From the human T2T-CHM13v2.0 reference genome, Homo sapiens: a stretch of DNA of 64,000 nucleotides. Positions 1 to 13,120 of this stretch are shown here, piece by piece (within the stretch, counting starts at the first letter, position 1; each line of letters begins with the position of its first letter). The DNA is taken from the NCBI RefSeq assembly GCF_009914755.1, contig NC_060927.1; one strand, written 5' to 3'. The notes under the pieces were generated by a model. The model ran no database searches, was not told the origin of the DNA, and saw nothing but the letters and a program-made list of their open reading frames with translations. Position numbers and translations under genes: made by a program.

Positions 1-1299
1 ACTGATGTCAATTCCTTTCCATCTTCTGAAAGATAGGATGGGGGTTTAAGATGAAGAAGGAGGTCAACATAGATTTTTTCCTTAACAAATGTGTGTTGAA
101 GAAAGACAGTTTATTGATAATTACTGTATTCCTAGCTAGAATTGATTGGTTAGCTAGAATCTATGAGGAATTCAAGTAAAATGCAAGAAAAAATTCTTAA
201 GTGGCCAGAACAAACAAGCATGGCATAAAAAGAATGTTCAAGACAGTTTGTAATTCAGGAGGGGCTAGATAGCATTGGTCTCTTTGAGCACCGTAGGAAA
301 ATAAGTACAAGGAAAAAGAAATAAATGTGCAGTTGACTAGGGAAGGCTTCCTATAAGTCCCCAGGACTTAAACAATTTGAGATAATTAGTAGACTGAATA
401 TATGACTATCATCCTAAATCTCTCATGCACTAATAATATCTCGATTGAATGTAAAGCCCACCTGTTTTATTCTGCCTGCAGTGCCGCATCTTGGATAAAT
501 TAGGGGAGAGAAGCTTAGTGTTCCTAAGAGGGAAATCTAATTCCAAATGGACAGCTTTTACGACTGCCCTTTCCTGTGCCTGAGACCAGAGAGTTTCAGC
601 TAAGTCCTAGACAGCTCCATTCTGTGTTCAGCCTAAGGCCAACCTCCAGCCAGTCATGTGGCAGAGCCTTCATCCTGGGAAGAATTTAAACTTAGAATCT
701 TTGTTCATCTTGACACCACTATCTTCTTGCCTCTCCCATGGCAAAAAAACAAAAACCTTTTTTCTTTTCTGCTGTCGTATTCTATTCTCATTTCTCAGTC
801 CCCCAGCTTGTCATATTATCAGTTGCATATTTCTTTAACATGAATGAGATTCATAAATTTAAAGAGGTCATGCAGTTATCATTAAACATGTGTTCTCAGT
901 GCACCTCTGTTAACTTCTGACAGTCATTTCAATTCTGTTTGCAAACTCCGTTTCAATTTATGTATGCTCCCTTTATACCAATTCCATTCACATGTGACTC
1001 TACACTTTTGTTCCTCATACCAATCTTCATAATAATTTAAAATTTAGTATTTATGGAAATACTGCATGCAATCTAAGCTTGAAAGCAGCAGGCTATACTG
1101 TACATCAGGCCCTCTGTTAGAAGATTGAGAATTTTCATGTCAATTATAAGCTAAATTTGAGGATTTCAATGAGCCCAACAAGAAAACCATCCTCAACCAC
1201 AATGGAAAAATAAAAAAACTCAAACAGGCAAGGTATTTTGTTTTCTTTAAAATGTCTATGGTTTCTTATCCTTTACAAAACTCTTCATAGCTCATCCAC

Positions 1300-1470
1300 T
1301 TTTTTTCTAACTTTTTATTTTGAAGAATTTATAGACTCACAGGAAGTTACAAAATAAATGTACAGTGATGTCCTGTTTACCTTTTACTAAGTTTCTCCCA
1401 ATTGTTATATTTTAAGTAATTATAGTACACTATCAAAGCCAGGACATTGATGTTGATCTAATTCAGTTTT
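1300..1470 (-). mobile_element. Old L1 (L1M) 3' end fragment
   Basis: TTTTTATTTTGAAGAATTTATAGACTCACAGGAAGTTACAAAA...TATCAAAGCCAGGACATTGA resembles an L1M 3'UTR in reverse; boundaries approximate. Confidence 0.65.
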
Positions 1471-1705
1471 AAATTCGAAAAAAGAAAAAAAAATCTACCC
1501 TAAAGATAACTTACTTGAACAGTTTTAAATTCCATTCAACATTGTAAGCATTGTAAGTATTAACCATGCTGACAGTCCTGGTAAACAAAGGATGGTATGC
1601 CCATATGGCCACAGAGAAACTTTCCCCATATTGTTGGATATTGATACTCAGGTCTAATTTAATTCTTGGGCCAATGTCATAGCTGAGGAATGGAAAGGAG
1701 CCCAT

Positions 1706-1900
1706 ATCAGAAGACTTGGGTTGAAATCTGGTTCTGCCTCCAAATGTGTGACCTTGAGCAAGTCACTTGACCTTTCCAAGCTTCAGTGTCTTCATCTATA
1801 AAATGGAGAAAATACTCCTCCTGCCTACTTCATAGGATTGTTGTGAGGATCAAATGTGATGATGTACATGAAGGAACAAGGTAGACTGTGAATCAGCACT
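1706..1900 (+). mobile_element. MIR SINE
   Basis: Core TGTGTGACCTTGAGCAAGTCACTT...CTTCATCTATAAAATGG...GGATTGTTGTGAGGATCAAATG. Confidence 0.85.
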
Positions 1901-2586
1901 CATGAAGTTTATATTCTTTTCAGAAACTATATCCAGTTATAGAGAAGTGTACTTTTTCAGAGGTGGTCTTATTCCTAAAAACAAAACATAACTACCTCCT
2001 TATTAGCCATGTGTTCTAGAATTTTCTTCATATGTAAATGACCTCCCCTTTCTATCACTCTTGTTAAGATAAGAAATAGCAATATATCAAACAAGCACTC
2101 TGGACTCATTACCTACAAACCCCTTAGGCATATGGTCTATTTTTAAATAAATACTTTTTTAAACATTTTCTTCTTTAAGATTGAATGCATTTTTAGTAGC
2201 TTTTATTTTTATCCTAACTGCAGGATTCGTTCTTACTTTTTTATCATGCCATGAGATGTACAATAGGTGTTCTTGACAATAGTGTGAAATTATAACAATG
2301 TGAGGTTAGACAGTGGATGTTTTAAGAAGTAAAAATGGAAATCATCCAAGCTGCATTGTTTCTTGGTATGTCTGAATATATAATATAAACTCCCAACTCA
2401 CTGGTATATTCTGGTTTGTGGATAGTAAAAATGCTAGTCTTGGCAGTAAGCATAGAGATATACATAGGAGAAAATAAACTTAGATCATGGAAAGTAATGA
2501 TAAGAGTCTTTGTGTGTACTAAATGTTTTGGGCACCACAATAAAAACGTTAAGATTTGTTTTCTTCCCTCTTCATCCTATATACAG

Positions 2587-2633
2587 GCTGGCATGGCTTT
2601 GACCTATGACCCCACAGCTGCCATACAGAATGG
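2587..2633 (+). CDS. RBMS3: RBMS3 coding exon (probable exon 8), 47 nt, phase 0 to 2: AGMALTYDPTAAIQNG
   Basis: Pyrimidine tract then ATACAG acceptor, donor TGG|GTAAGT. The peptide is recognisable as the RBMS family segment after the RRMs. Its terminal GG joins the A of the next exon to make a Gly codon. Confidence 0.97.
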
Positions 2634-2845
2634 GTAAGTAGATCACATTTTCTCTATTTTAATTGTGAATAGATCTTTGAGCTCTGAATCAACATCAAAG
2701 AAAAATGTTAAAATTTGTTTTGCTTTTGTTTTACATCCTTAAACACAAAGTTTAAACCAAGCATTTTTCATCATTATAGTTTTTTTCATCCTATAAATTA
2801 TTCTGACCTCCCATTCTCACAATGCCTCTGCCCACATTAAACCCT

Positions 2846-2847
<2 letters not shown>

Positions 2848-2903
<56 letters not shown>

Positions 2904-2940
2904 CCCCCGCTCCCTCCCTCCCTCCCTCTTTCTCTGTCTT
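2848..2940 (+). repeat. (CT)~26 microsatellite plus C-rich homopyrimidine tail
   Basis: Read directly from the sequence. Confidence 0.97.
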
Positions 2941-3514
2941 TGGAGAACAGGTAAAGCTAGGCTGAGAGAATAATAACTCTAGAGTTAGCTTTCAAACACT
3001 TTTTGGTGTGTGCCCAAGTCAATTTATTCTTTCTTTCTGGTGATCAGGGGAATGGTAATGGAGGAAAGTCAAGTTGGTAACTCAGGTGATTGCATCTTCA
3101 TTTTCATAAGCATCTGGAAATTTGTATCCACCTACTTAGAACAAGTCATATAGCTTAAACTTCCTCCTCTGAAAAACAAGTGTGAAACTACATGGTGTGG
3201 CAACTCTAAAATTCTGTGACTTCTAAATATCTTTCATTGAAACTTTCTTCTTACTTCCTAATGTCTTTGCTTAGGCTGTCTTGTAATTGACAATAATTAT
3301 TCTTTGGTTGGTTGCTTATTTCCTGTCACTGTCTTTTATTTTGGAATTCTCCAAGGCTTTCAGTTGTCTGTCTTTCAGTCTCATTATAAAAGCCTCATTG
3401 AAGATCAACATAGAGGGTAGAATGAATTAAACTTCATTTTCTATTTTGTCAGTTGCCTCTAAAGAAAATCTGTGGGATATTGAAAGTATTTAAATAATTA
3501 CCTCTTATTCTTAT

Positions 3515-3655
3515 ATTATTCATTCAGGCAGTCATATAGTCAGTCATTCAACAAACATCCAGTAAGTATCCCAGGCACAATGCTATGTTCTATAGATTTA
3601 AAAAAACAATGTATGATATGAGACCCTTTCCTTCAAGAGGCTCACAATCTACTCG
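3515..3655 (-). mobile_element. L2 3' fragment
   Basis: TCATTCAACAAACAT...CCAGGCACAATGCTA...CTTCAAGAGGCTCACAATCTA; boundaries approximate. Confidence 0.65.
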
Positions 3656-4744
3656 TCCATGAAAAAGTAAACATTAATGGTAGACTAGGGTAGGAGTATA
3701 GTCCTTTGTCCTTGGGTTGATTAAAATTTCCCTCTAGAAGTGAAAATTAAGGATATCTTTTCATATATCCAATAGGCATTTACTTATTTCCAACAAAATT
3801 CTATAAACTGGGTGTGTAGAAAGAAGTAAAGATATGGAGAAGAAAGTCCTCTAGAATTATATTACGTAGTTGGAGATAAATAATTAACTCACAAAGGAAA
3901 AAATAAGGCATTATATATTAAGTGATAGTGACTGAAAATAGATGTTATAATGGAAAGGAATGACATTTATTGAACACATATTTTGTGCAAAGTACTTTGT
4001 AATTTAGTGGCACATGGTTTCAAATGAATACATGTGATTACAATTATAAATTTATATTGGAAATTTATACAAAGGAAAATAGAAACAATAGTTCAAAAAA
4101 TACCTGTATGTCCAGTAATTGGATTCAATAAATATTCATATTTTATAATATTTTACATGCATGCATATGTATGCACATGTGTGTAATATATACATATGTA
4201 TCTACCTATCTAGAGTATGTATTATGTATGTATATACATATCTACCTGTCTATAGTATTTATCTATGTATCTACTTGTGAAAAGTACCTTGTTGCCCAAG
4301 GCTCTATGCCAAGGATTGGGGATGCAGCAGTGACCCAGACATAACTTGTTTTTGCATTTATGAAACTTACATTGTTAAGGATAGAAATAAAATAAAAATT
4401 AGCTTTTATATATAATTATGTAGTCAATTATTAAAATTGTGTTTAGCATTTTTAATTAAAAAGATAGTTTTTGCTGGACCATATCAAAGTAAAATTTAAA
4501 CATCATAATATTTCTAACTTCTTACATCTTCGAAAATAAAGACATTAGTCACATGATAAAAATGTCATCACAAAAAATAAAATCAGTAGTAATTTCAAAA
4601 TATCATCTACTATCCAGATTATTTTTCAACTTTGCTCAGTTGCCCCAAAATGTATTTTACAGCTGGATGATTCCGAAGCAAAATCAAAAAGTCATATCAA
4701 AATAGCTTATATGGATTATTTCATTTATTTATTATATTCTTTTG

Positions 4745-4835
4745 GGTGAGTGTTAATATCCCATTTACAGATAAGAAAATGAGGCCATGTAGTCCGAGGT
4801 AGAGCTGGGAATCGAATGCCAGTCTGTAACACTAA
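4745..4835 (-). mobile_element. MIR fragment
   Basis: TATCCCATTTACAGATAAGAAAATGAGGC...AGAGCTGGGAATCGAA. Confidence 0.65.
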
Positions 4836-5706
4836 ATAGAGCCTGCTGTCTTTGTCCAGCTAGGACAAAGGGAAGGCTATATGGAAGCAATGAGATTTGG
4901 CATAGATTATCCAGGATGACTTAGTTTATCAAGGATAGACATAGGGAAAGATGCTTATGGAGAAAGTGGACTGCTATGAATGGAAGTGGAATTTGTAGAG
5001 ATTAACAAGCCAACAAGTTTTACTGGGGTGAAAGTTTCTTGTGAAGGAATTTTATAAGTTTAAAAAGTTTTTTTGTTGTCAGATTTGGAAGTTCAAGTAT
5101 TTGGTTTTTACTTCATAAGCCTGGGGAGTAATTATTATTTTTTTTTTTAGCAACAGAGTGGTGTAATATAAATAATGAAGACTATATTGGAGCAGGAAAA
5201 TCCTCTTAGTAGGAAGCATCATTAAGAGGATATTAAAATAGTACAGTTATAGAAGTGTGAGAGTTTGTTCTGGAGTGGCCAATGTATGAATGGAAGAAAG
5301 AAACCAAAAGGAGAGACAACCTGAAGAAACTTTTCAATCATGCATTAAGCAAGTGGCCATCAAAGAATCCTACATTCAGGGTTCTCCATCAAGGGCTGGG
5401 GACATACTGGTGAATAAGACACACCCAGTCTTTACTCATCTACATAGTAGCAAAGGAAATCAACATTAAAAGTATTTTATTACTTATATACCATAAGCAC
5501 CCATTGGTGAACTGCAGGGTGTTATGAATTGTCTAGTCTTGCTTGAGTGGTTAAAACTTCTCTAAACAAGCGATTCCTTGAGCTGAGCTCTGACAACATG
5601 TAATGACCGACCGAAACTGGATGTTATATTTGATGGCAAAAGAGAGAAACAAAAGTGACCCTGTACCATCAGCAGAAAGACAAGGAAATAAAGTGAAGAA
5701 AGATGA

Positions 5707-6083
5707 TGATATGGTTAGGCTTTGTGTCCCCACCCAAATCTCATCTCTAATTGTCATCCTCATAATCCCCATGTGTCAAGAGAGAAACCAGGTGGAGGTA
5801 ATAGAATCATGAGGGTGGTTTCCCCCATGCTATTCTCATGATAGTGAGTTCTCACAAGATCTGATGGTTTTATAAGAGGCTCATCCCCCTTTGCTTGGCA
5901 CTGATTCCTTCCTGCTGCCTTGTGGAGAAGGTATCTTGCTTCCCCTTCACCTTCTGCCATGACTGTACATTTCCTGAGGCCTCCCCAACCGTGCTGAACT
6001 GTGAGTCAATTAAACCTCTATTCCTTTATAAATTACCCAGTTTCAGGCAGTTCTTTATAGTGGTATGAAAACAGACTAATGTA
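5707..6083 (+). mobile_element. THE1D-like MaLR solo LTR
   Basis: Starts TGATATGGTTAGGCTTTGTGTCCCCACCCAAATCTCATC and ends ACAGACTAATGTA. Perfect 5-bp TSD GATGA at 5702-5706 and 6084-6088. Confidence 0.92.
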
Positions 6084-6120
6084 GATGATATGCTCAATTT
6101 CAAACATGCCTGATTAATGT

Positions 6121-6170
6121 CTCACTAAGACTCACTAAGTCTCACTAAAACAAACTAAGACTCATTAAGA
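6121..6170 (+). repeat. 10-bp tandem repeat CTCACTAAGA, about 5 degenerate copies
   Basis: CTCACTAAGA CTCACTAAGT CTCACTAAAA CAAACTAAGA CTCATTAAGA. Confidence 0.85.
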
Positions 6171-7829
6171 CAAAAAAAGATCAAGAGTCAGTGGTAAATG
6201 TGGAACTGAAGTTAGGGAATGATAACTTGTTATGCATGATTTTAATCAGTCATTCTCTAATGCGCAATTTAAAATTCTACAAAGACATAATTTCCCAAAT
6301 ACTCACCCTTAATTGTTACAAATCGACATAGAAAATAAATCGAGGTTTCAACTGCTAATCTGAGAAATCAAAGGTGAACTTTGGGCAGTGCAATTTTCAA
6401 GGCAGTGAGGACAGCCTAGAACACAGTGAGCATTTCTCTTTTTTTCTCAAAATCTCCACCTCATATTTCAGGTTACCACTCCTGGACCCTATTGGAGTTG
6501 CTGCAGGTACATCCGTTAACCTTAAATCACCTGAAATATGAAATGTCTTTATTTATACCTTATATTAACAATATAACATTGTATCCTTTAAACTATTTGA
6601 ACAGTTGCAAAAATGGTTCACCCTCTGCCACTACCCACTTAGACATTTACAACAATGAATATTTTCCTCAAGAAACACATTTTAGTTAAGAAGCTAAAGA
6701 TATCCAAATCAAGAGATTTTATATACTATTATATTATCTCATATTATATTATCTAATCTCATATCTCTAATATCATGTAATAAATAATTTTAGTCCATTG
6801 AAATTGGGCATATTATCTTTCCTCACTTTATTTTCTTGTCTTGCTGCTAATGGTAGCACCAGTCCCTCTCTTCAGTACTTCCTGTGCACCAAATAATCCT
6901 ACCCACTTTTACTAATCTTACTCTGGTCTTTTCTCACTTTCTTTCTTCTCTCTAGTTGCTCTCGTCTACCTCTCTTGCTTTCTGGAAAGTAAGACTCCCA
7001 AGTCTATACTTCAAGTGTGTAACTAGCTTCAGAGATCAATGACCTGTGGTTCTAGCTTACTAGGTACTGCTACTATGTCATTGTCCCAAACTGAGGTCAT
7101 TATCCTCATCAATATTTTGTAATACAAACTACACAAATTCAAACAAAACGCACATATCAAATTTTGTTTTCCTCTGTTTTAAATTCTCTAAATCCATTTA
7201 GGTTATGATCTCCACTCCTCAGGACTCTTTCTTATCCTACATTCTTCACAATAAAACTAGTCATTAAGATGTGCAATCTGTATCCGATGTATATCTTCAA
7301 CCTAGCCCTTCCTCCGTGCCACTGGTTGAATTTATTCATTACCATTTCCTACCTACACTAAGCTTTTTACTCCCTTTAATATACCTCCCCCCACGAACAA
7401 TTTTCACATTAATTTTTGAATAATTTTTAAGCAAATGTAACTACAGAAATCACCTACCTACCTGGTTTAAAGTATTACGTGGCCTTTACTAACTACAGAA
7501 CAACACTCAAACTTCCCCAGATAGTACGAACAGAACTTCATAATTTGGTTACTGCAACTGAACTGGACCGTCTGTGATTCTTGGAACATCCCATGCTACT
7601 TTGTACTTCTGTGTCTTGTTGAACGTGGAATTCTGTCTGCCTGAGTTCCCATATGGTAAAACTCACTCCCCATGGCCCCACCACCACACACATACACATG
7701 CACACACACCATATAGATATGGGTATCAGTAACTACGTAATAATATACTTTTTAAAAATATTGTTTTCATTTCAAGAACATCATTAAATCATACCAGGCA
7801 GAGCTAGTTATGCTATTAGTCATAAGAAA

Positions 7830-8060
7830 AACAGTTTAAGCAATGGTTAAGAGTGAAAACTTCAGAATCATCCTGCCCAGGGATGCATCCAAACTCTGTC
7901 ATTTACCAGATGTGCAATTATGGACCCATTGTCCATACTTTAGTTTCTTCCTCTGTGAAATAAAGATAATAATATCAGTACCTTTCATAAGACTTTGTAA
8001 AGATTAAAGGAACCTGGTGTGGTACAAGATAATCATCAGTGTAAATGTTGACATTATTGT
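7830..8060 (+). mobile_element. MIR SINE
   Basis: AATGGTTAAGAG...CAGAATC...TTAGTTTCTTCCTCTGTGAAATAAAGATAATAATA; boundaries approximate. Confidence 0.7.
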
Positions 8061-10768
8061 TGCCCTATGTTTGGCCTTTCCATGATAAGTTTGACAATTA
8101 GTCTTTTTTATTGTGTACTTCTTGATACCCATATCTATAATAGTTCCCTGCTAGAATATAACTCAATGAAGACAGGCACCATATCTTATTCATTTTCATA
8201 GACTGTTTAACCCAGTATTGTGAATGCTAAATCAGGACTAGGAAATGTGACAGATGACATCTGCTTGGCTCCAGCAAGTTGACATCAGGGAAACCATCCT
8301 CCTCCCCAGCCATCAAGTCAGTCTGTCCCCATGTAACATCTTAACCTAATTCTCCTAAAATATTACCTCTAGTTTCACCCAAAGCAGCCAAACTACCCAT
8401 GAGTTTCTCTGTCCTGAGTGAAAGATGGAATTTTGGAAGGCTTGGACTATGCATTGTGTTGTTGGCAACAAGGAGATAGAAATTTTACATTCAGAAATTA
8501 AAGAAATAGGAGGATTATAGCTAATTGATCTTATTTATTTGATACTTCTTTATAGAAATTATGTTTAAACTGTTTTGCTTATCTTTGGTTTCATTACCTT
8601 TATATGGTAACATTCCCAGTAGTAGGACACCAGTAGAACAACCATTTCTATGCATGTGAGATGTCACACAAATATATACTGTTTCTTGAGTTAACATTGG
8701 GACATGCCTTTTAGAGGTGTGGAAGCTGATTTAAACAACTTACTCAACATACCAAGGAGCCTAACATAAGTGTCCATAATAAAGTATATTATTCCTCATT
8801 CGCATTGCTCTATGCAATTTAGCCGTCAAATATAACTCAGAGATAAGTAACCTAACAGAAAGATAAATATTACTGTAGAGAAGAGCCTGGTCCCATTTTA
8901 CATAGAACACAGGGTATCCAAAGATGTAGTTGCAGCTTACTCCAATCCAGTTATTATTGTTCAACGTTGCTTAATGCTGATTCACTTGAGGTCAATAAGC
9001 TTAACAATTTTTTTCAACTTTCTATCTATAGTACAGTCTAAAATTAGAAAAAAGAAAATGCTCACGTCATATTAGGAACAATGGACATATATACAATTGT
9101 AATAGGAGATAGAATACAAAACTATTGCGATTAAACCACAAAGTACTATAAGATATATGTATATATTAACTTTTATATGTATAAAATGTTTCTGAAGGAG
9201 TACACAAGAAAGCATGATGGTGATTCTCTGGGAAGGGCCAACACAGTAGTGGGAAATAGGGTGAGACGGAAACTTATCTTTCACCGTTTACGTTTTTATT
9301 TATTTTTTTTTCAAAAAGAAAAATAAAGCAAATTATTTCCATAGGACCGTGGAGGAGAGGCAGTTGTGTTCTGATGAGGAATTGGGAAGGCTTCTTGCTA
9401 GTGCAGTGACATGAGCTTTTCCTCTTGGAGAGGTGCCACATCCTAGCTAAATGACATATTTTGTGATCCTATGGAATCCTGTAACAGTAAACTAAGCCAT
9501 AGGGCTTTTTTAGTATCTTAAGCAAGTATGTGTCTGAGTTGTAGCTAGTAGGTTAAATTGTGTAAAGAGTTAAACGGTCTGTATCTCATAACCTTCACAT
9601 TAATACAGAAACATGACACTGAAATAAAGGCCCCCGAAGTTAGCTTGATTGTTAGCTAAGGAAGAACAAACAGTTCATAACTACACCATGGTGAATCTGT
9701 GCTGTTTGCATTTAGGCAGTAGAAAATGTCAGTTCTGTCATCTGCCTGAATCTATCCAAGTTATCACTTAAAAATTAGATCAATATCACTTTTCTCTAGG
9801 ACTCTGAAGGGTAGAGAGAAGAAGCATCTGTGTCACAACAGAAAAGTAAAAATCGTAGTACTTTTTACTGTAGGCTAACTTACAAGAATAAAAATGTCCA
9901 TTCTCTTAGAGCTATGTGGTAAAACTCTAATTTGTTTTTACTATTGCCCTATTGCTCTTTTAGCAATCCAATATGAAATTCCATCCCTTTGAAAGATGAG
10001 CAGGGGAGGTGGGAAATATTCCCTCCCATATTCAAAATCTCATCTTTCCTGTGCCCTTTTCATTGGGAGTTGCTGTATAAAAGCCTCTTGGATTGTTTTT
10101 ATTTGAATAAAATATATTCTTGGGGGAGACGTGAAAAAGAATGTTTTCTATAGCATTGGTTTGCTGGCTGCTTTATGTGGGCATTTGGTATTAAGCAATA
10201 TGGAAACCTTATCTTATTACACTAGGAAAGGAATCTAATGTGAAGGATACGTTGGTATTACAATAAAAATGACCAATACCTTATTAATCTTGTACTATTG
10301 TTTTACCCTGAGGATAGTATTTATGGTTCCAGCCCTAACAATATTGCCTGTGGACATGAAACACAAGCCAGTGCTGTTTATTTCAATATGTAAATAGGAT
10401 TTGCTTTTTGTACAGTAAAAAAAATTAAACCCTGGGGTTATTGATATATTAATGTTATTTTTATTGTCAGTGAAATAAGATTTTACCATATTACTACTGA
10501 CCGCCAAATCCCCTGAAGATGACTTTTCTGCAGGCAAAATAATGTCCTATTAGTGACCTAGATTTGCATTTTCTGGATTTCTGGAGGACGGTTGCCTTTA
10601 ATGCCAAAGAACCAAGTGATTCTTTGCATTTCTTGAAAATACTAAGTGTTTCAAAGGCTAGCTTAGACTTCCGTGGATCACACTTAGTTAACGTCTCTTA
10701 GCCACTTTGCATTTAATATTTTGTTCATGTGAAAGAAACCCCAGAAGTAACTAGCTCATGTGCTTCAG

Positions 10769-10986
10769 CAAGGTGTCTCAATCTTCATGCTACTACCGTT
10801 CAGGACTCGATAATGTTTGTATAGGAGCTGTTCTATGCATTGTAGCATGTTTAGCAGCATCCCAGGCCTTTATCCACTAGATGCCGGTAGCTCCCCCCTC
10901 TCCTCCAGTTGCGATAACAAAAAATGTCTCCAGACATTGCCAAATGTCTGCTGGAGAGCAAAATCACCTGTGGCTTAGAACCACTG
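10769..10986 (-). mobile_element. MER20 (hAT-Charlie MITE)
   Basis: TTTAGCAGCATCCCAGGCC...AAAAATGTCTCCAGACATTGCCAAATGTC...AGAACCACTG. Confidence 0.88.
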
Positions 10987-11233
10987 GGTTCAGTGTAAAA
11001 GAGGCACTTGGTATATACATAATGCTGTGAATCTTGGTGAAGAAGTAAACTTTTTTAACAGGAAAATAACTTGTTAAGCAACTCATTCCCATTTTCTGTA
11101 ACAACATTTGCAAGGCATAATGCATAATGCATATATTACCAAATACAAAAAACATAAATTCATATGTTTAGAATTACCTTATTTTGTTATTCTGCCTAGA
11201 AAGTTCCCCAGTAGCATGACATCTCTGCTTGAA

Positions 11234-11300
11234 GTATGTATGTATGTATGTATGTATGTATGTATGTATGTATGTATTTATTTATTTATTTATTTATTTT
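11234..11300 (+). repeat. Compound (TATG)n(TTTA)n tetranucleotide microsatellite
   Basis: Read directly from the sequence. Confidence 0.95.
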
Positions 11301-11794
11301 TAATGTGATGCCTGTGTGAAAATGTTTTCAAACCCTGACCATGGCAGGGACTGAAAAAAAGCTAAGAGATTTGGAAACACATTCTGCAGTTCCCTCCTTG
11401 GAGTCTGGCCTTGTGTATTTTCTTTAGATAGGTACCTCTAAGCCTCAGATGCAACAGTAGCCTCTCCTGTCATGGTTTAAGCAGGGGTTTCCTGTAAATT
11501 CATCTGGTGTATGTTTGGACTTGAGAAGAGCTTATTTCAGAATACCAGAATTAGGAGATCAAGACGGTATGCCGATTCTGTTCTTCCCAGAACATTTTCA
11601 GTTCTAAATGACTCTCTGACTTGAGTGGCAGTATTGGAATTTGCTGGGAAGTATGAAATGTAATTCTTGTTTGATGGATAGGATTAGAGCAGATAGGACA
11701 AAAATGCATTAAATTTTCCCCCAAGGGTTCCTTTTGCTAGTATCCGTTTACTTGGCTGCTTTCTTTATGTTTCTGTTCTCTGTTTTCCCCATAG

Positions 11795-11893
11795 AATTTC
11801 CTGTAAACTTTGCCTGTCAATCCAATCTTTATTGCTTTCATTTTTAATACTCCAATTGGCGCATTTTACAAAGTCGACCAGCCACGCTAAAAT
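11795..11893 (+). other. Candidate 99-nt phase 2-2 cassette exon of RBMS3
   Basis: 52-nt AG-free pyrimidine tract then ATAG. Stop-free in the phase required by exon 8. Weak donor AAT|GTAATG, with downstream TGCATG motifs. Confidence 0.4.
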
Positions 11894-12475
11894 GTAATGT
11901 GTGGTTTGCTTTGTCTGTATAAGAGGCTGAACCTGGATTTCTACCAGAAGTTAAACCACTGCATGGCATATGAGGAAGACTGTTTATTGAGTGGCCTTGG
12001 GTGCCTCACGTGTCATTATGAGCCCCAAATACTGTTCACTGCCTTACAAATAAGATCTGTCAAATATAAGACCTAGAAGGAATTTTCAAATGCAAACCTT
12101 GATTTTTCATAGAAAAGGACTGTCTTTTTTCTAGTTTCTAATGCCCCTGCATGCTTAGAAATTTGGTATATTATTTAAGCTTCCACTTAGCATTTAATAT
12201 GTGATATTGGACCATCTTCTCTGGGCTCTCATTCCTCAGCTTCCTACCTCTTTCAGGGACCCTTCTCCTATGGTCCTGCCACCCTGGTATTGATCTTCCT
12301 GTATGGTAATCACTACTGAATTCCATAAGCTGCTCTGCATTTATTCATTCATTCATTCAACATAGAGTTATCAAGTATCTACTATCTCCCAGGCTCTGTT
12401 CTAGGCAACAATACTGATATACACTCAACCCCCTTGGAGCTGACATTCTAGAATGAGAAATGTCAATAAATACAT

Positions 12476-13120
12476 TGTATTCGTCAGTTCAGGCTGCCAT
12501 AACAAAGTGGCTTGATTGATTTGGTGGCTTAAACACAAAAATTTATCTTTCCTCAGTTCTGAATGGTAGAAATTCAAGATCAATGTAGCCGATTCTGGTA
12601 AAGGCTCTCTTCCCCTGATTGTAGATGGCTGCCATCTTTTTCATTTGTTTGTTTGTTTGTTTGTTTTTTGAGAAAAGGTCTCACTCTTGCCCAGGCTGGA
12701 GTGCAGTAGCACATTCATGGCTCACTGTAGCCTCAATCTCCTGGACTTAAATGATCTTCCCACTTCACCTCCCAAGTAGAAGGGAATACAGACATGCACC
12801 ACCATGCCCAGCTAATTTTTGTATTTTTGTAGAGATGGGGTCTCACCATGTTGTTCAGACTGGTCTCAAACTCCTGGGGCTACCATCTTGTTATGTCCTT
12901 ATATGGCCTTTCCTCAGTGTGTGCGTGTGAGAGAGCCTGAGTGAGCTGTCTGAAGTATCTTCTTAAAAGAACACTAATCCTATTTCATTAAGGCCCCACG
13001 CTTATGTCCTCATTTAACCCCAATTACTTCCTTAGACACCCCATCTCCAAAGACAACCACAGTAGGGGTTAGAGCTTCAGCAGGTAAATTTAGGGGGTCA
13101 CAAACATTCAGTCCATAACA
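12476..13120 (-). mobile_element. MLT1A-like MaLR LTR split by an Alu
   Basis: Starts TGTATT...CAGGCTGCCATAACAAA and ends ACAAACATTCAGTCCATAACA. Confidence 0.85.
12639..12877 (-). mobile_element. 5'-truncated AluJ
   Basis: Antisense Alu body with (TTTG)n tail. TSD GGCTGCCATCTT (12627-12638) and GGCTACCATCTT (12878-12889). Confidence 0.9.

Noticed and set aside
6121-6170. Short direct repeats (also the 23-bp duplication at 14543-14584) as a CRISPR-like array
   Set aside because: No unique spacers, eukaryotic context; ordinary slippage repeats.
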